Positions 1 through 10,498 of a DNA stretch of 64,000 nucleotides are shown one piece after another. Under the pieces are notes generated by a model. It saw nothing but the letters and a program-made list of their open reading frames with translations, did not search any database and had not been told where the DNA came from. A program made the translations under genes and the position numbers. The stretch comes from Entomortierella parvispora E1425 (Eukaryota; Fungi; Mortierellomycota). The stretch spans positions 2,480,001 to 2,544,000 of the forward strand of contig BQFW01000004.1 in the NCBI GenBank assembly GCA_020891255.1, written 5' to 3'. How positions within the stretch are numbered: the stretch's first letter is position 1; each line of letters begins with the position of its first letter.

Positions 1-1870
1 CGGAGTCCAATTTCCATCGTGCCTCCAGCACGCAGAATCGAAACACCGGCCACAAGCGCCTTTTGGTTCAGTCCATGCACATTTTTTCCAGTTGGCGTGG
101 TCACGTTCTTGGATTCGTATGGGAGTTCATTCAAGGCACTAATATTTTTTTTTTCGAATAGAAGATTGAGGAACAAGGTAAAGATGAGTAACATGTTTGA
201 CGTTTTTTCAACTTTGTCCAAGTGTTCTGCCTCCGTTCTCTTCTTTTTTTCAATTGGACGAGACAAGGGATGATAATGATGGCGACGGAAACAGAAACTC
301 ACCGCTCAATGACCAAGGTGGCAAGGCGATCCGCGTAAAAGATAAAGTCGTGACGCGAAGTGTTGATATCTCTAATGATGGTATGAATGCCCAAGACCTG
401 CTTTGTGTTCTCAAGCAACACGACGCTTTTGGGCAATTCCTCGGGTGGGTTTATCCTGGCCATATCCCAACGCGACTGCATCTTGCGCTCCTGAAGCTGA
501 CGCTGAATATGTTTTGTCAACAAGTCGATTGCCACCAAATTTTCCAATCCACGGGGAATGACCTTAAAAAAAGGTAGTACAGCGAGAAATTGTGAGATCA
601 TGTACTGCAATTGATCAAACAGATGCCTGCAAGAGTGGGATAGACGAAGAAACTTACAACGTCCGCGTTTTTCTTGGTAGGATAGACGTAGGTATCATAC
701 GAGGGCTTGACAAATCTTTGGTAAAGGGTCAAAACGCCAGCGACATCAAATCCTCGTTCGGCCACATCGCGCTTGACTAAAAAAGTGAGGATGCAGAGTG
801 TTAATCGGCAAAGTCTCAATGGATCAAACAAATTATTGCAGTCATTTGGGCAACAAGTCAACGGGCCATACTTCTACGGGCCAAGCAGATATCTGTGTCC
901 GTGTCCACAAAGACCTTAAGATCCATCATGTCCAGGACCTTCTTGTCGTACAATCCAAAGATTCCCTCGAAAATGATCACGTTGGCTCCATAGACGGTAT
1001 GGGACTTGTTTGGCACTCTATTGCAATCAGATGAAGAACAATCAGGAGGAGTCATTCAAACTGATATCTAATAGTCATTGCTCTCATCTCCCGTTTGGTC
1101 CATGCGGTATTGTTGTCTATGTTTTTTTTACCTCTTGTGTGTCTCAAAGTCATAAATAGGAACATCTACAGTCTTTCCTTCCTTCAACTTTGTCAAAGTT
1201 TCCAGCAACAGGTCGTAGTCGTAAGAGTTTGGAGAGTCAAAGTCCCAGTCGCTGAAAGAAGAAGGGGCAAGAGGGCAAAAGAGTTTAGAAACGTTGTGCC
1301 ACCCGTCAAAGCTAGATGTCATCTCCTCTCCGTGCGATCTTCCCGTACTTTCTATGAGCAATTTCAAGCTCCTCGGGAGTCAAGTCCTTATAGAACGAAT
1401 CCATCGAGAGCAAAACAACCCACGGAACATTCAAGTTTTTGATAATCCTCTGTGCAACACTGGTCTTTCCACTGGCGCTTCCACCTACCAGGGGTGAGAA
1501 AAAAAAAAAAGTCAAAAATCTCGGTCAATCTGGTAAGTATACGTAATAGACATGAAGGTAGACTTACCGGCGATTCCGACAATATAGCAGTCGCAGTTCT
1601 GACCATCGCTCCTGTACCATGGGCTAATAACACGCAAGAACAATGAAAGGAAGGTGGGAGCAGTCGTCAGTGGCTGTATCTATGTCCCTTTGGCTCGTTC
1701 CAGAAAACCTTAAAGCACTTGTTGTGGTAGCTGCACAGCTGCGTGGGCAGCAGAGCAGCGACAGGTAACATGCAACATGCGCATTCAAACATGCAATGTA
1801 GGACGATGCAGACAGGCGAAACATACGGGCGTCCTTCTCCAGCAATGACGTGGTTGGTGAACTTTGACAT
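1..1870 (-). CDS. URK1: Uridine/cytidine kinase with C-terminal UPRT-like domain, multi-exon; 3' end runs off the window
   Basis: Spliced reading [15 protein letters not shown]|[19 protein letters not shown]|[14 protein letters not shown] (P-loop), then [35 protein letters not shown]. The UPRT part includes [27 protein letters not shown] and, at 1-140, [16 protein letters not shown]. Confidence 0.93.
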
Positions 1871-2216
1871 TGTGTGTCCGCGGGTGAATGGTTAAAAGTG
1901 ATCAAAAAGAAGCAAATAAAAAAAAAAAAAAAAAAAGAAAGCTCAGCGCGTCTTCTTCCAGGGGTGTGAGTGTAGCACTTGCGACAGCATCTTCTTCAGA
2001 GACGATAAAAAGTTTGATGATAAAAAGCTTGATTAAAAAATTTAGTTTATTTTTGTTTGGGGACAAAACCATGGAGGTGCGCGTTCTTCGCATCAGATAG
2101 CTTTCTTCTTGTAGGCTCGGCGTGAGCGTGCTTTTTTTATACATTGAACAGAACGAAGAGGATGGAGGACGAGGTGGAGAGGGTGGTCGCGAGAGACATC
2201 ATCACGGTCTGTACAT

Positions 2217-3212
2217 TTATGCCTCGAAGACGAAGGAGAGACCGAGCTTGTGGGCAGCCTGGTCCAACTTGGTGGTGTCAAAGAGACCAGCAATAGAGAC
2301 CTTGACGCCCTTGCGGAGAGCCTGAGTGTATCCGAGACCGAGAACACCGGTGTTGTTGACCTTGGCCTTGACAAAGGCATCACGGTCGACGTAGAGCTTG
2401 GCACCAACCTCGAGGGCAACGGGGGCCTTGGCGCCCTTCTCACCAGCGGGGGCAGCCTTGGCAGAGTCCCAAACGGCCTTTCCACCAGCCTCGAGATCAG
2501 CGTTGATGCGGTGGTAGTAGGAGGCAGAGAAAACCTTGAAGGAGTTGTGGGCGTGAAGAGCAACAGAGTACTCGGGGGCGGTGTAACCGGCAGCGGCACC
2601 GAAGCGGGTGACGGCAGCGCCAGCAACATCGTAGGCAATGTCACCTCCGAGCAAGAAACCCTCGCGACCGACAACGACATCACCGGTAAAGGTGGGGCCC
2701 TTGAAGAGATCAACGTAGGCACGCGAGTTGAAGCCGAGCTGCTTGTAGTGGACACCAACCTTGGCGTTCTTCTTGCCCTCGGAGGGGAGGAAGCCTCCGA
2801 CAATGTCCAACTTCAAGCCCTTGGCGACCTTGTTCTCAAGCTCGATCTGGGTGGTGAGGAGGTTGCCGGTGGTCCAGGCCTCAGTGACGGTCAAACCGTT
2901 CTTGAAGTCGACGTACTTGGTCTTAAGCTCACCGTTGATGGCGCCAGACTTGTTGTCCTGGTTACCGAGAACGTTGAAGGTCTAGAAGAGGGTAATGGTG
3001 CCAAGAAGGTTAGCCACTGGGTCACTGACTAAAGTAACTTGGGGCCCACTTTTGAGCGCAGCGGGTGACGGATCATAGACAAGACTTACAACGCCGTTGG
3101 GGGCAACGGTCTTGAGCTCGAGCTTGGTCTGTCCAACGGGGAAGTCCTTTCCGAGCAAGTCGTTGGAGGACTTGCCGATATCAGCGAAGGGGACGGGGAC
3201 GGAGGTGGCCAT
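2217..3212 (-). CDS. POR1: Mitochondrial outer-membrane porin (VDAC), 2 coding exons (3212-3090, 2981-2217)
   Basis: MATSVPVPFADIGKSSNDLLGKDF...LELKTVAPNGV|TFNVLG...; C-terminus VKAKVNNTGVLGLGYTQALRKGVKVSIAGLFDTTKLDQAAHKLGLSFVFEA. Strong C-ending codon bias; GTAAGT...TAG intron at 3089-2982. Confidence 0.97.
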
Positions 3213-3222
3213 TTTAGAGATT

Positions 3223-3857
3223 CTAAAGAGAGAGAGAGATGGGTGGGAAGAAAGTGACGGATTAGGGTTTGATGTTGGATTACGACGACGGATCTGGAGA
3301 CCGATTGCACCACCCGCGGACCGGTGAACCCGTTCTCGGCGCCAGCACAAGCAAATCGGCCGTGGCGTTGAAAGACGGGCCAGGGTGCCGGAGGCGGACC
3401 CTTTCCCGTTTTGTCAACAATCGCAGGCTGATGTCGAAATGCCAGGGCGGCGGATGGGGTGAAAAAGATTAATGCAATGAGAGCACCCAGTGATTGCCCC
3501 ACGTTCGCAGTTGGACGTGTCCTGTTTGGTCCTTGGCCGGCCTCTTGTTTCTGCACCCTCTCCTCTCTCTTTCCCTCTCATTTTATCCTCTCTTGACTGC
3601 ACCCGTGGGTTTCGTCGCCGCTGTCCTCAAACGGTGTTCTGGACATTTTGTACGCTCTCTCAGACTGTCCCGAGTTCTTCCCCGGGGGCTCCCGGCCCCT
3701 TCCTGGACGCGTTGGTGCAGCGGCCTGCGCTGGTGGACGAAATTGATCAAGTCATAGCGCAGGCGGGACGTGTCCTGGGCAGGGTCCAAGGTACAGCGGC
3801 GAGGAGATGGCGGGGATGAGGTGCTGCATTGGGGCAGGGGAATGAGGGAGTTCTTAC
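3223..3857 (-). other. Putative 635-nt 5'-UTR intron of the VDAC gene
   Basis: AG|GTAAGA donor at 3857, downstream of a minus-strand pyrimidine tract. CTAAT branch-like motif plus (CT)n TTTAG acceptor ending at 3223, 10 nt before the ATG. Confidence 0.55.
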
Positions 3858-3943
3858 CTTGTGGTTTCTTGGGGTAGGGAGGGAACTGGAGATGAAAGAA
3901 AGAAAAGAAGCACAAAGAAGACTGAACCTCGACTTAACTAACC

Positions 3944-3955
3944 ACGCGTGACGTC
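3944..3955. promoter_or_regulatory. Overlapping ACGCGT (MCB-like) and TGACGTC (CRE-like) motifs upstream of the putative VDAC leader exon
   Basis: Sequence CCACGCGTGACGTC just upstream of the minus-strand pyrimidine tract. Motif match only. Confidence 0.25.
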
Positions 3956-4286
3956 TTTTTTTTTTTGAAGGAGAGTGCTCTCGTCTTTTTTTTCCCTTCT
4001 TGGCCATCCTTCCCCCAGCCAAATACGAAGACTGAGTCTGACTCTCCACTCACTGTCTCTGATGCTCTCACTCTCTGTTTCCTTAGTCCACCCCATTTTC
4101 GCAATTACATATTATTCGCGCTTTTGAATTCGCCCGTGGGTCAGCGGCCTTTTAAAGTTCCTTGGGGTCGCCCTTTTCTTTTCCTTTTGAGCGGCCTTCC
4201 CTGCACTCTGGACTCTGGAGTCTTCGAAGTTTGTCACAGGCATCAAGGCGAGCCCTGCTTGTTTATTCATTGTTTGCAAATATCAC

Positions 4287-5183
4287 TCAAGGAGAGAAGG
4301 AATCATTGTCAGGATTGTATCCGATGGTGCCAAGATCGATTCCAAGGGAGCCAAGCAGTCTTTGCATCTTTGTCACCGGTTTCGGTGCCAGTCTTGACTC
4401 TGGAAGACACCTTGACCTCAAAGCCTCCTCAACAGTTGGGAGATCGTATTGAACGTCCTCAAGCTCCATGCGTTCCTCTTCGGCGCACCTACGGTCCTGC
4501 GGATCCAACTCTTTGTTGTGAGAGCCTCGATCGTCTCCAAACCCGTCGTCATAGTGATAACCCCAGTTGGAGGTCAGACTGACCCTGGAGCCGGTGTCGT
4601 CATTGTCCCAGGAAGCACCAGTGCCAAGAATCTGTTCCTGTTCAATATACTTTTCTAATAGAACCTGTGCTCCTGCTTGACTGACCCGTTTCCATTTCTC
4701 GACAAGCTCTCCCAGAGGTGCGTCTTCAGACTCTTGGGAACGGAGCACCAGCTTTCCTTTTCGGATTGAGGACTTCAATTGAGCGATCCTGGACTCCAAT
4801 CCTTGCCTCTCCACCAGTCGGCTGTGTGCTGAGGAACCAAGACTTGGCGCAGAACCCAATGTCACCGGCGATCGAAAAGGCACTCTGCGGCGAGTTGCCA
4901 CCAATTCCGATCTTGGTTTGAGCGAGGATGGTGGCGCTCCGTGTTGTTCATGCACTGTGGGCGATCCTGGTGTTGGGGCAGCCGTGAATAAATGGTCAGG
5001 AGAACTCGTTGCCACTGAAGCAGTCTTGCTTGGTCCAGGGCTAGAGTCGCCACTCTTGGCAGGCGGATTTCCTGTGCCAATCTCCCTTGCCCTCATCATT
5101 GGGGAGCGGAAGGGCTTGTGAAGACTTCCTCGTGTCTTGACCGCCAGTTTCGCTCGTTTCCGCTGCTGCAGTTCTGAAGCCAC
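4287..5183 (-). CDS. SFR1: Sfr1/Mei5-family Swi5-partner recombination mediator, single exon, 298 aa
   Basis: N-terminal LHKPFRSP motif; coiled coil followed by LVEKWKRVSQAGAQVLLEKY; C-terminal MQRLLGSLGIDLGTIGYNPDNDSF, as recalled for the Mei5/Sfr1 family. Confidence 0.8.
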   Translation of the reverse strand: MASELQQRKRAKLAVKTRGSLHKPFRSPMMRAREIGTGNPPAKSGDSSPGPSKTASVATSSPDHLFTAAPTPGSPTVHEQHGAPPSSLKPRSELVATRRRVPFRSPVTLGSAPSLGSSAHSRLVERQGLESRIAQLKSSIRKGKLVLRSQESEDAPLGELVEKWKRVSQAGAQVLLEKYIEQEQILGTGASWDNDDTGSRVSLTSNWGYHYDDGFGDDRGSHNKELDPQDRRCAEEERMELEDVQYDLPTVEEALRSRCLPESRLAPKPVTKMQRLLGSLGIDLGTIGYNPDNDSFSP

Positions 5184-5554
5184 CCATACAGTTGATATGG
5201 CGGGCGTGCCACGATTTGATGGCGTTTCAGGGTATTGGTTCGCAATGGCAGAATGTAGAGATTCATTGAGGACTTCCGCTTGATCAGCGGAGGGAATGAG
5301 ATCTTGCCGAGATGGTCTTTTGGAAGTTTCTAATGTGGAATGAATTCAGCAAAGTGCATTAGAGACTCATGCATTCATTTAGTCAGTCAGTCAGTCAGAA
5401 AGAAGGCGAGCAGATGCAGCAGACAAGAGACGATAGCCACAAGGAGACACGGAGGATTGACGGGTAGGTGTAGCCTCCTTGATAGAGGGGGCGAGGGAGG
5501 TACCTTTGGCCATGGTGTCGTCTTGCACGGGATCCCTGTCCTTGGAGTTAGCCC

Positions 5555-5671
5555 TTGGTGCTTGGTGTTTGGTGCTGGTGCTGGTGCTTGGTGCTGGTGC
5601 TGGTGCTGGTGCTGGCTCTGGTTCTGGTCCTGGTGCAGGTTCTGGTCCTGGTGCAGGTCCTGGTCCTGGTG
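5555..5671. repeat. Degenerate hexamer tandem repeat (GGTGCT/GGTTCT/GGTCCT)
   Basis: Directly visible array TGGTGCTGGTGCT...GGTTCTGGTCCTGGTGCAGG. Confidence 0.9.
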
Positions 5672-8535
5672 TGGCAGCAGGTCAAAAGGCGAAAAAGTGA
5701 CTGTCCATATCTTTCGCGTCCTTCTCCCTCGAATGGACTGGGCGCGTCTCCTTGCATCGGGCTGTCATGGCAAGACAAGGGCGCAAATCAGGAAAGCGTG
5801 GCAGAGGAGGCACCTTCCATTTTTCTGTGATCCTCTTCCTCTCGTGCGCGTCCTCGCTGTGCTGCACCGCGCTCGCTCTTCATCTCTACCTGCACGCGCC
5901 AGCAGCCACACTCCTTCGGGCACTAAATCCTCCTGGAGGATCAGCCACATAGCCACACTCGATCTCCACCATTCTTTGTGTATCTGTCTCTGTGCTGGGG
6001 AAAAAAAAAGTCGAGGGTCCTGGTCTGCATCCAAGGGGGACTTTGATTCTTGAAACAAAAAGGTCTGTGCTTGCACATGCTTACTCAACTTTCGACCTAA
6101 TGGGCGGGTCCGTCGCCTTAGGATCACAATGAAGAGGGTTGCTATGAAAGTCATATGCAAGGAGTGCATGCCATGGAAGCATCGTCTGTCTCCTGCCTCA
6201 AAATCCAAGCATGCCTGAGGTTCTCCGTCATTCTCCTAGCTCAGAACACAGAGACGCCTTCGTTTTTCAATCTCTCCGACTCTCCCCTTCCGCCGCCTAC
6301 TCCATTCATACGCAGCTAGAACAGACGCGGTCGGATGCAACTCTTGCCGAGATAACTACGCCAAATGAGAAGCGCGGCTATTGCAGACCTCTCTATGCTT
6401 GGCGACACCAACAAGTCAGTGAACGGATAATGTGCCAAAACAGCAAGCGGGGCGCTCGTCCACCAAAGGGAGTCTCGCCTAAAAAACTTTGTCGTAGTTC
6501 GTGCACTGCATAGTTCTCTCTCACATAGTAATATTGCTTCGCCAACGGACGGAAGAAGACCACGCTGTCCAATTGGTTTCTAAAGAAACATGAATCATGA
6601 AGAGAAAACAAGGGGATACAAGGGGGAAAGTCACACAAGATAGGAGTTGGGGGTGACAACGATCCTCGAGAGCAGAAATAGCCCTCAGATGCTTTTGGAT
6701 GCCTTGTCTGAGCTAGGTCCCGCCCTTGGCGATCGATTCCTCCCGCGCCGAGAATCGCGAGGATACCCCTCCAACAGCCTTGCCTCTCACTGTTTCAAGT
6801 CGATTACGGTACCGTACTTCTTTATTTGGCTCTTTCGGCCGAAGAAGGTGTTTGTTTCGAGTGCAACTGAGCAAAATTTCCAGGTTTATTTTTGAGCTGA
6901 CTCTGACACGCCAACAATCCGATCATTTTGTTGTTTGCTACGGGTCTTTGCATCTGCGATTGTCGGTGCTTTTCCCCCCTCGCTATTCTTGTCCCCAATG
7001 TTTTTTTTCTTGACATTAATAGCGATGAACGTACAAAGGAGATGGTTACACATGCGCAACAAAGGTGTCTACAACTAGGCTCATCCTCCCCCCTGTCTTT
7101 TGTCCCCTTCTTTGGGAAGGAATCGGCGGAAACAAAGACGATAAAGGTCTAGGATTTTTTTTTATTCTCATCCCCCTTTTTGCTCTACCTCCTTCTGGCC
7201 GCTCGTCCATGTCCTACTTGAGACTTGGAGGTAAAGATGGGAGAGCAGCCGACTCTCTCCAATTGAGCAATTGAGGACGGGATCGGGATAGAGTAAGCGA
7301 ATCTTGCTGCCGATCTGGATGCCAATTCTGTGTTGTGTTTGAGAGTGTAACAAGGACATGCTACTGCTGAGACTAGACCTGCAGTTACGCCAAAATATCG
7401 TAAGTAACCCGGCAGAGTCGTATGCACCCAGCAATTGGCGGAGTGCGCACGGGTACTGACAAATTACTATCTTCATCATCAATCCGCCTTGTCATCATCC
7501 TCTTACGAGGAAGTAGAGATAAACGCGCGAATGCACCCTTGCATGGGGTAAACATGGAAGGAAGCACGGACAAAAAGACGGACATGTGTCAGGAATGGCC
7601 GAGCAGGAGGCTCGTAGAAGGAGTGAGAGGATCCCAAAAAGGGATCGATGCAATACATTAAAGAACCAAGGCGGATACACCGTCCGTATAAATACCATGT
7701 AAAAAACATCCTGGGTCGCTGACCATAGTAAAGCATCGACAACCCACCGGGATATCATCATCCGCATCATCACCAGCATCGCGCTCATCCCTGCCTCACT
7801 CCCTCCTCTTTCATTCGCTCTGACTCCTATTATCCCCTCCTCCCAACCCCTCGCTCGCTCCCCTTCTTCGACAGACACATTCCTGTTTCCCATCAATCCA
7901 CACGTCCCAATTGTCCTCCATCCCCAACCAGCTACCCGCGAACCCTCTTGGGTACTGTAAAGTGAAGTCTCCCTCCCTTTTTAATCGATCCCTCTCTCTC
8001 TCTCTGACCCCTCAAAATTTCATATCGAGTCTGTTCCGTCTCTCTTCTCTCCTTTCTTCTTACTCTCCATCCAATCCGTTCCCCCTTCACTTCACTTTAT
8101 TCTCTCTCTCTCTCTCCCTGCACCTTCTTTACGTGTCCCTCGTTCTGTTCTCTGCGTGTGTGTGCGTGCGTGCGTGCGTGAGTGTATGTACGACAAAGTG
8201 CACATCTTTGTTCTTTTCTGGAGTCCTTTGTCTTTCCCCTTGGTGCCCTTTTTGAACTGCACAGAGGATCCACACTTAATGTCCTCCTAATTATACAGAT
8301 CCAGGCTCCCTTTATTCTTGTATTCTTCTTTACCTGTTGTCCTTCTAATTCGCCATTCTGTCAATCCTCCTCCTCCTCGTTCTCCTAGTTTATTCTTCTC
8401 TTGCTGCCTTTGTCCGTCTTTTGTTAAGCCTTCCATCCCATCCGGTTTCTCGGTGAACCCTTTGACCTCCTTCTTGAGCCAGGACAACTAGGATCCCCAT
8501 CCATCCCTCCTTCCAACTACACCGATCGCCAAAGA

Positions 8536-8543
8536 TATATAAA
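8536..8543 (+). promoter_or_regulatory. TATA box candidate for the C2H2 gene
   Basis: TATATAAA followed by a ~400-nt pyrimidine-rich leader with no ATG after 8562. Confidence 0.45.
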
Positions 8544-8961
8544 GGTAACAAGATCGGTCCAATGTTCTCATCATCATCAGAGCAACTCCTCTTCTCTTCT
8601 TCTACTTGTACCTCCTTCTTCTTGCTTCCTCAGCACTGTTTCGAACAACACGTTCATCAATCCTCCTCCTCTTCTCCCAACAAACATCCCGATAAATCTC
8701 AATTGCTCCGCACTCTTGTTCTTCTTACCCCCTCTTCACCTTGCCCATTGCCCTACCCCTTCCATCTTTTCCTCTTCCTCCTCTACCCCACAGATCTCTT
8801 TTCGATCTTTTGCTTTGACGTGACACAACACTATTCTTTTTGGCACGCGCCCACTTCTCTTCCTCTTTTGCATTCTTTATCTTTAATTCAATCGCCCGAT
8901 CCCCCCGCCGATCCTACCTTAACCCAAATAACCCACACCCATCTTTTCTCTAATATCAACC

Positions 8962-9441
8962 ATGTCACACCTTACACCAGCCTCGATCCTCGCCTCGATG
9001 AACTGCACTCCTTCCGAAATGATGAACCACGACGGCATGAACCATTTCGACGACTCTGACTCTGACTCTTCCTATTCGGGCTCAAGCTCGTCTTCGTTCT
9101 CCACCAATTCCTTGGAGGCCGGAGCCGCAGGCGTGCACATGCACAATGGTCAACCGATCGCGTTCCATTACTTTTGCAATTTCCCTACTTGTGACTATCA
9201 CAGTGCGCGGTCGGACCCTGTCAAGCGCCACAGAGACACGCACTACCCTGATTACAAGCCCTACATCTGCAACTATTGCCAGTCCTCCTCTGCCAGACGA
9301 GACTCTACTCGTGAGCATTGCTTGAAGCAGCACAAGGACGATTCTGAAACCGCGTTCCGATACGACACCACGGTACCCAAGCCAGAGGGCTGGATCGCGT
9401 ATGAGCCCAAGCGTTCGCCTTGGCCACCAATCATGGGTTAA
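8962..9441 (+). CDS. Small C2H2 zinc-finger protein (2 fingers), 159 aa, intronless
   Basis: CNFPTCDYHSARSDPVKRHRDTH (C-x4-C-x12-H-x3-H), linker YPDYKPY, then CNYCQSSSARRDSTREHCLKQH (C-x2-C-x12-H-x4-H). Acidic Ser-rich N-terminus. Confidence 0.88.
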   Translation: MSHLTPASILASMNCTPSEMMNHDGMNHFDDSDSDSSYSGSSSSSFSTNSLEAGAAGVHMHNGQPIAFHYFCNFPTCDYHSARSDPVKRHRDTHYPDYKPYICNYCQSSSARRDSTREHCLKQHKDDSETAFRYDTTVPKPEGWIAYEPKRSPWPPIMG

Positions 9442-10498
9442 GTGAGAGTGAAAAAAAAAGAGCTGGGAAAGAGTCGGACAGTGGAGTTGCTCTATTCCCT
9501 CCCTGCCTTCACTGGCGGCTGACGTTCCTTTCGCCACCACGTTCGGGATTAGGGAGTCCAGCTCCTGCCTGTCATCCCCCCCCCTCTCTTTCGCTTCACT
9601 CACTTTCACTCTTTCCCCCCTGCCCCACCTACCTACCTCCCCTTTTGCCATGTCCGCATCTTGCATTCGTCCCTGATTTCGTTCTCTGCTCGTTTTTTGG
9701 TACTCGTTTTTTTTTTTCTGTCAATCTCTACTTTATTTTTCCCTTTTTTTATGGGTTTTCACTCTTTGGTCATTTCGACTCACGAGATGTTTCCCTCCGC
9801 TCTTTGCACTGTAGATCAGTTTGCTGCTTTTCTTCTTATTTCAACCACATAGACATCACCACCCCCTTCATCCCCTTCTCCCCGGCCTCGCTCCTCTACC
9901 CCCCGACAATCGCCCCTGCTCCAATCACTTGTACAACCAATGCATCCTTTTTCTTCGTTTCTCTTTGTTCTTTTGTTGCTTAATTCTGCACACCATAGAC
10001 AGCCATCCAATCCTTCGTCCCAGAATTGTTTAGGCCCAGCTTGTTCCAAACCTTATAGACCCTATCCAACCCCCCATAGTGGGTGGGCCATTGCGATAAT
10101 AAAACTTCTCCATCCCATCCGTGTCTATCTCCCTCATCTAGGCTTTTTTTTTTATTCCAAATTTTATCTTGAAAGAAAAAGCTTCCATTCCTTGATCAGA
10201 TGTCATGCAGATCTATTTGTCTATTTGTCGCACAAAAAAAAAAGAAAGCGCAGGGTCCACTGCTTTGATGCATGACAATGACGGGAGAGCGCGTTTTTGT
10301 TGATGCCCATCCCCACCCAATTGCCCGACTTTTTTTTTTTCCTTCACTAACGGACCCAAAAAATGTCCAGAGCGGTCTTTTTTGTCGAACAAATAGGAAT
10401 TTGTGAGAGTCCAAACAATTCAGTAAAAAAGTAAGAAAGAGTCAGACCATTGGCTGCAGAAGAGGAGAGGGGAATCGTTTTTATAGATACGAATGGGG

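Noticed and set aside
2093-3032. Long alternative ORFs 2250-3032 (+) and 2093-2803 (-) over VDAC
   Set aside because: Antisense and shifted-frame shadows of a strongly codon-biased gene.
6200-8500. Numerous 60-130-aa ORFs on both strands upstream of the C2H2 gene
   Set aside because: No recognisable motifs, no codon bias and no consistent splice chain; treated as regulatory or intergenic sequence.
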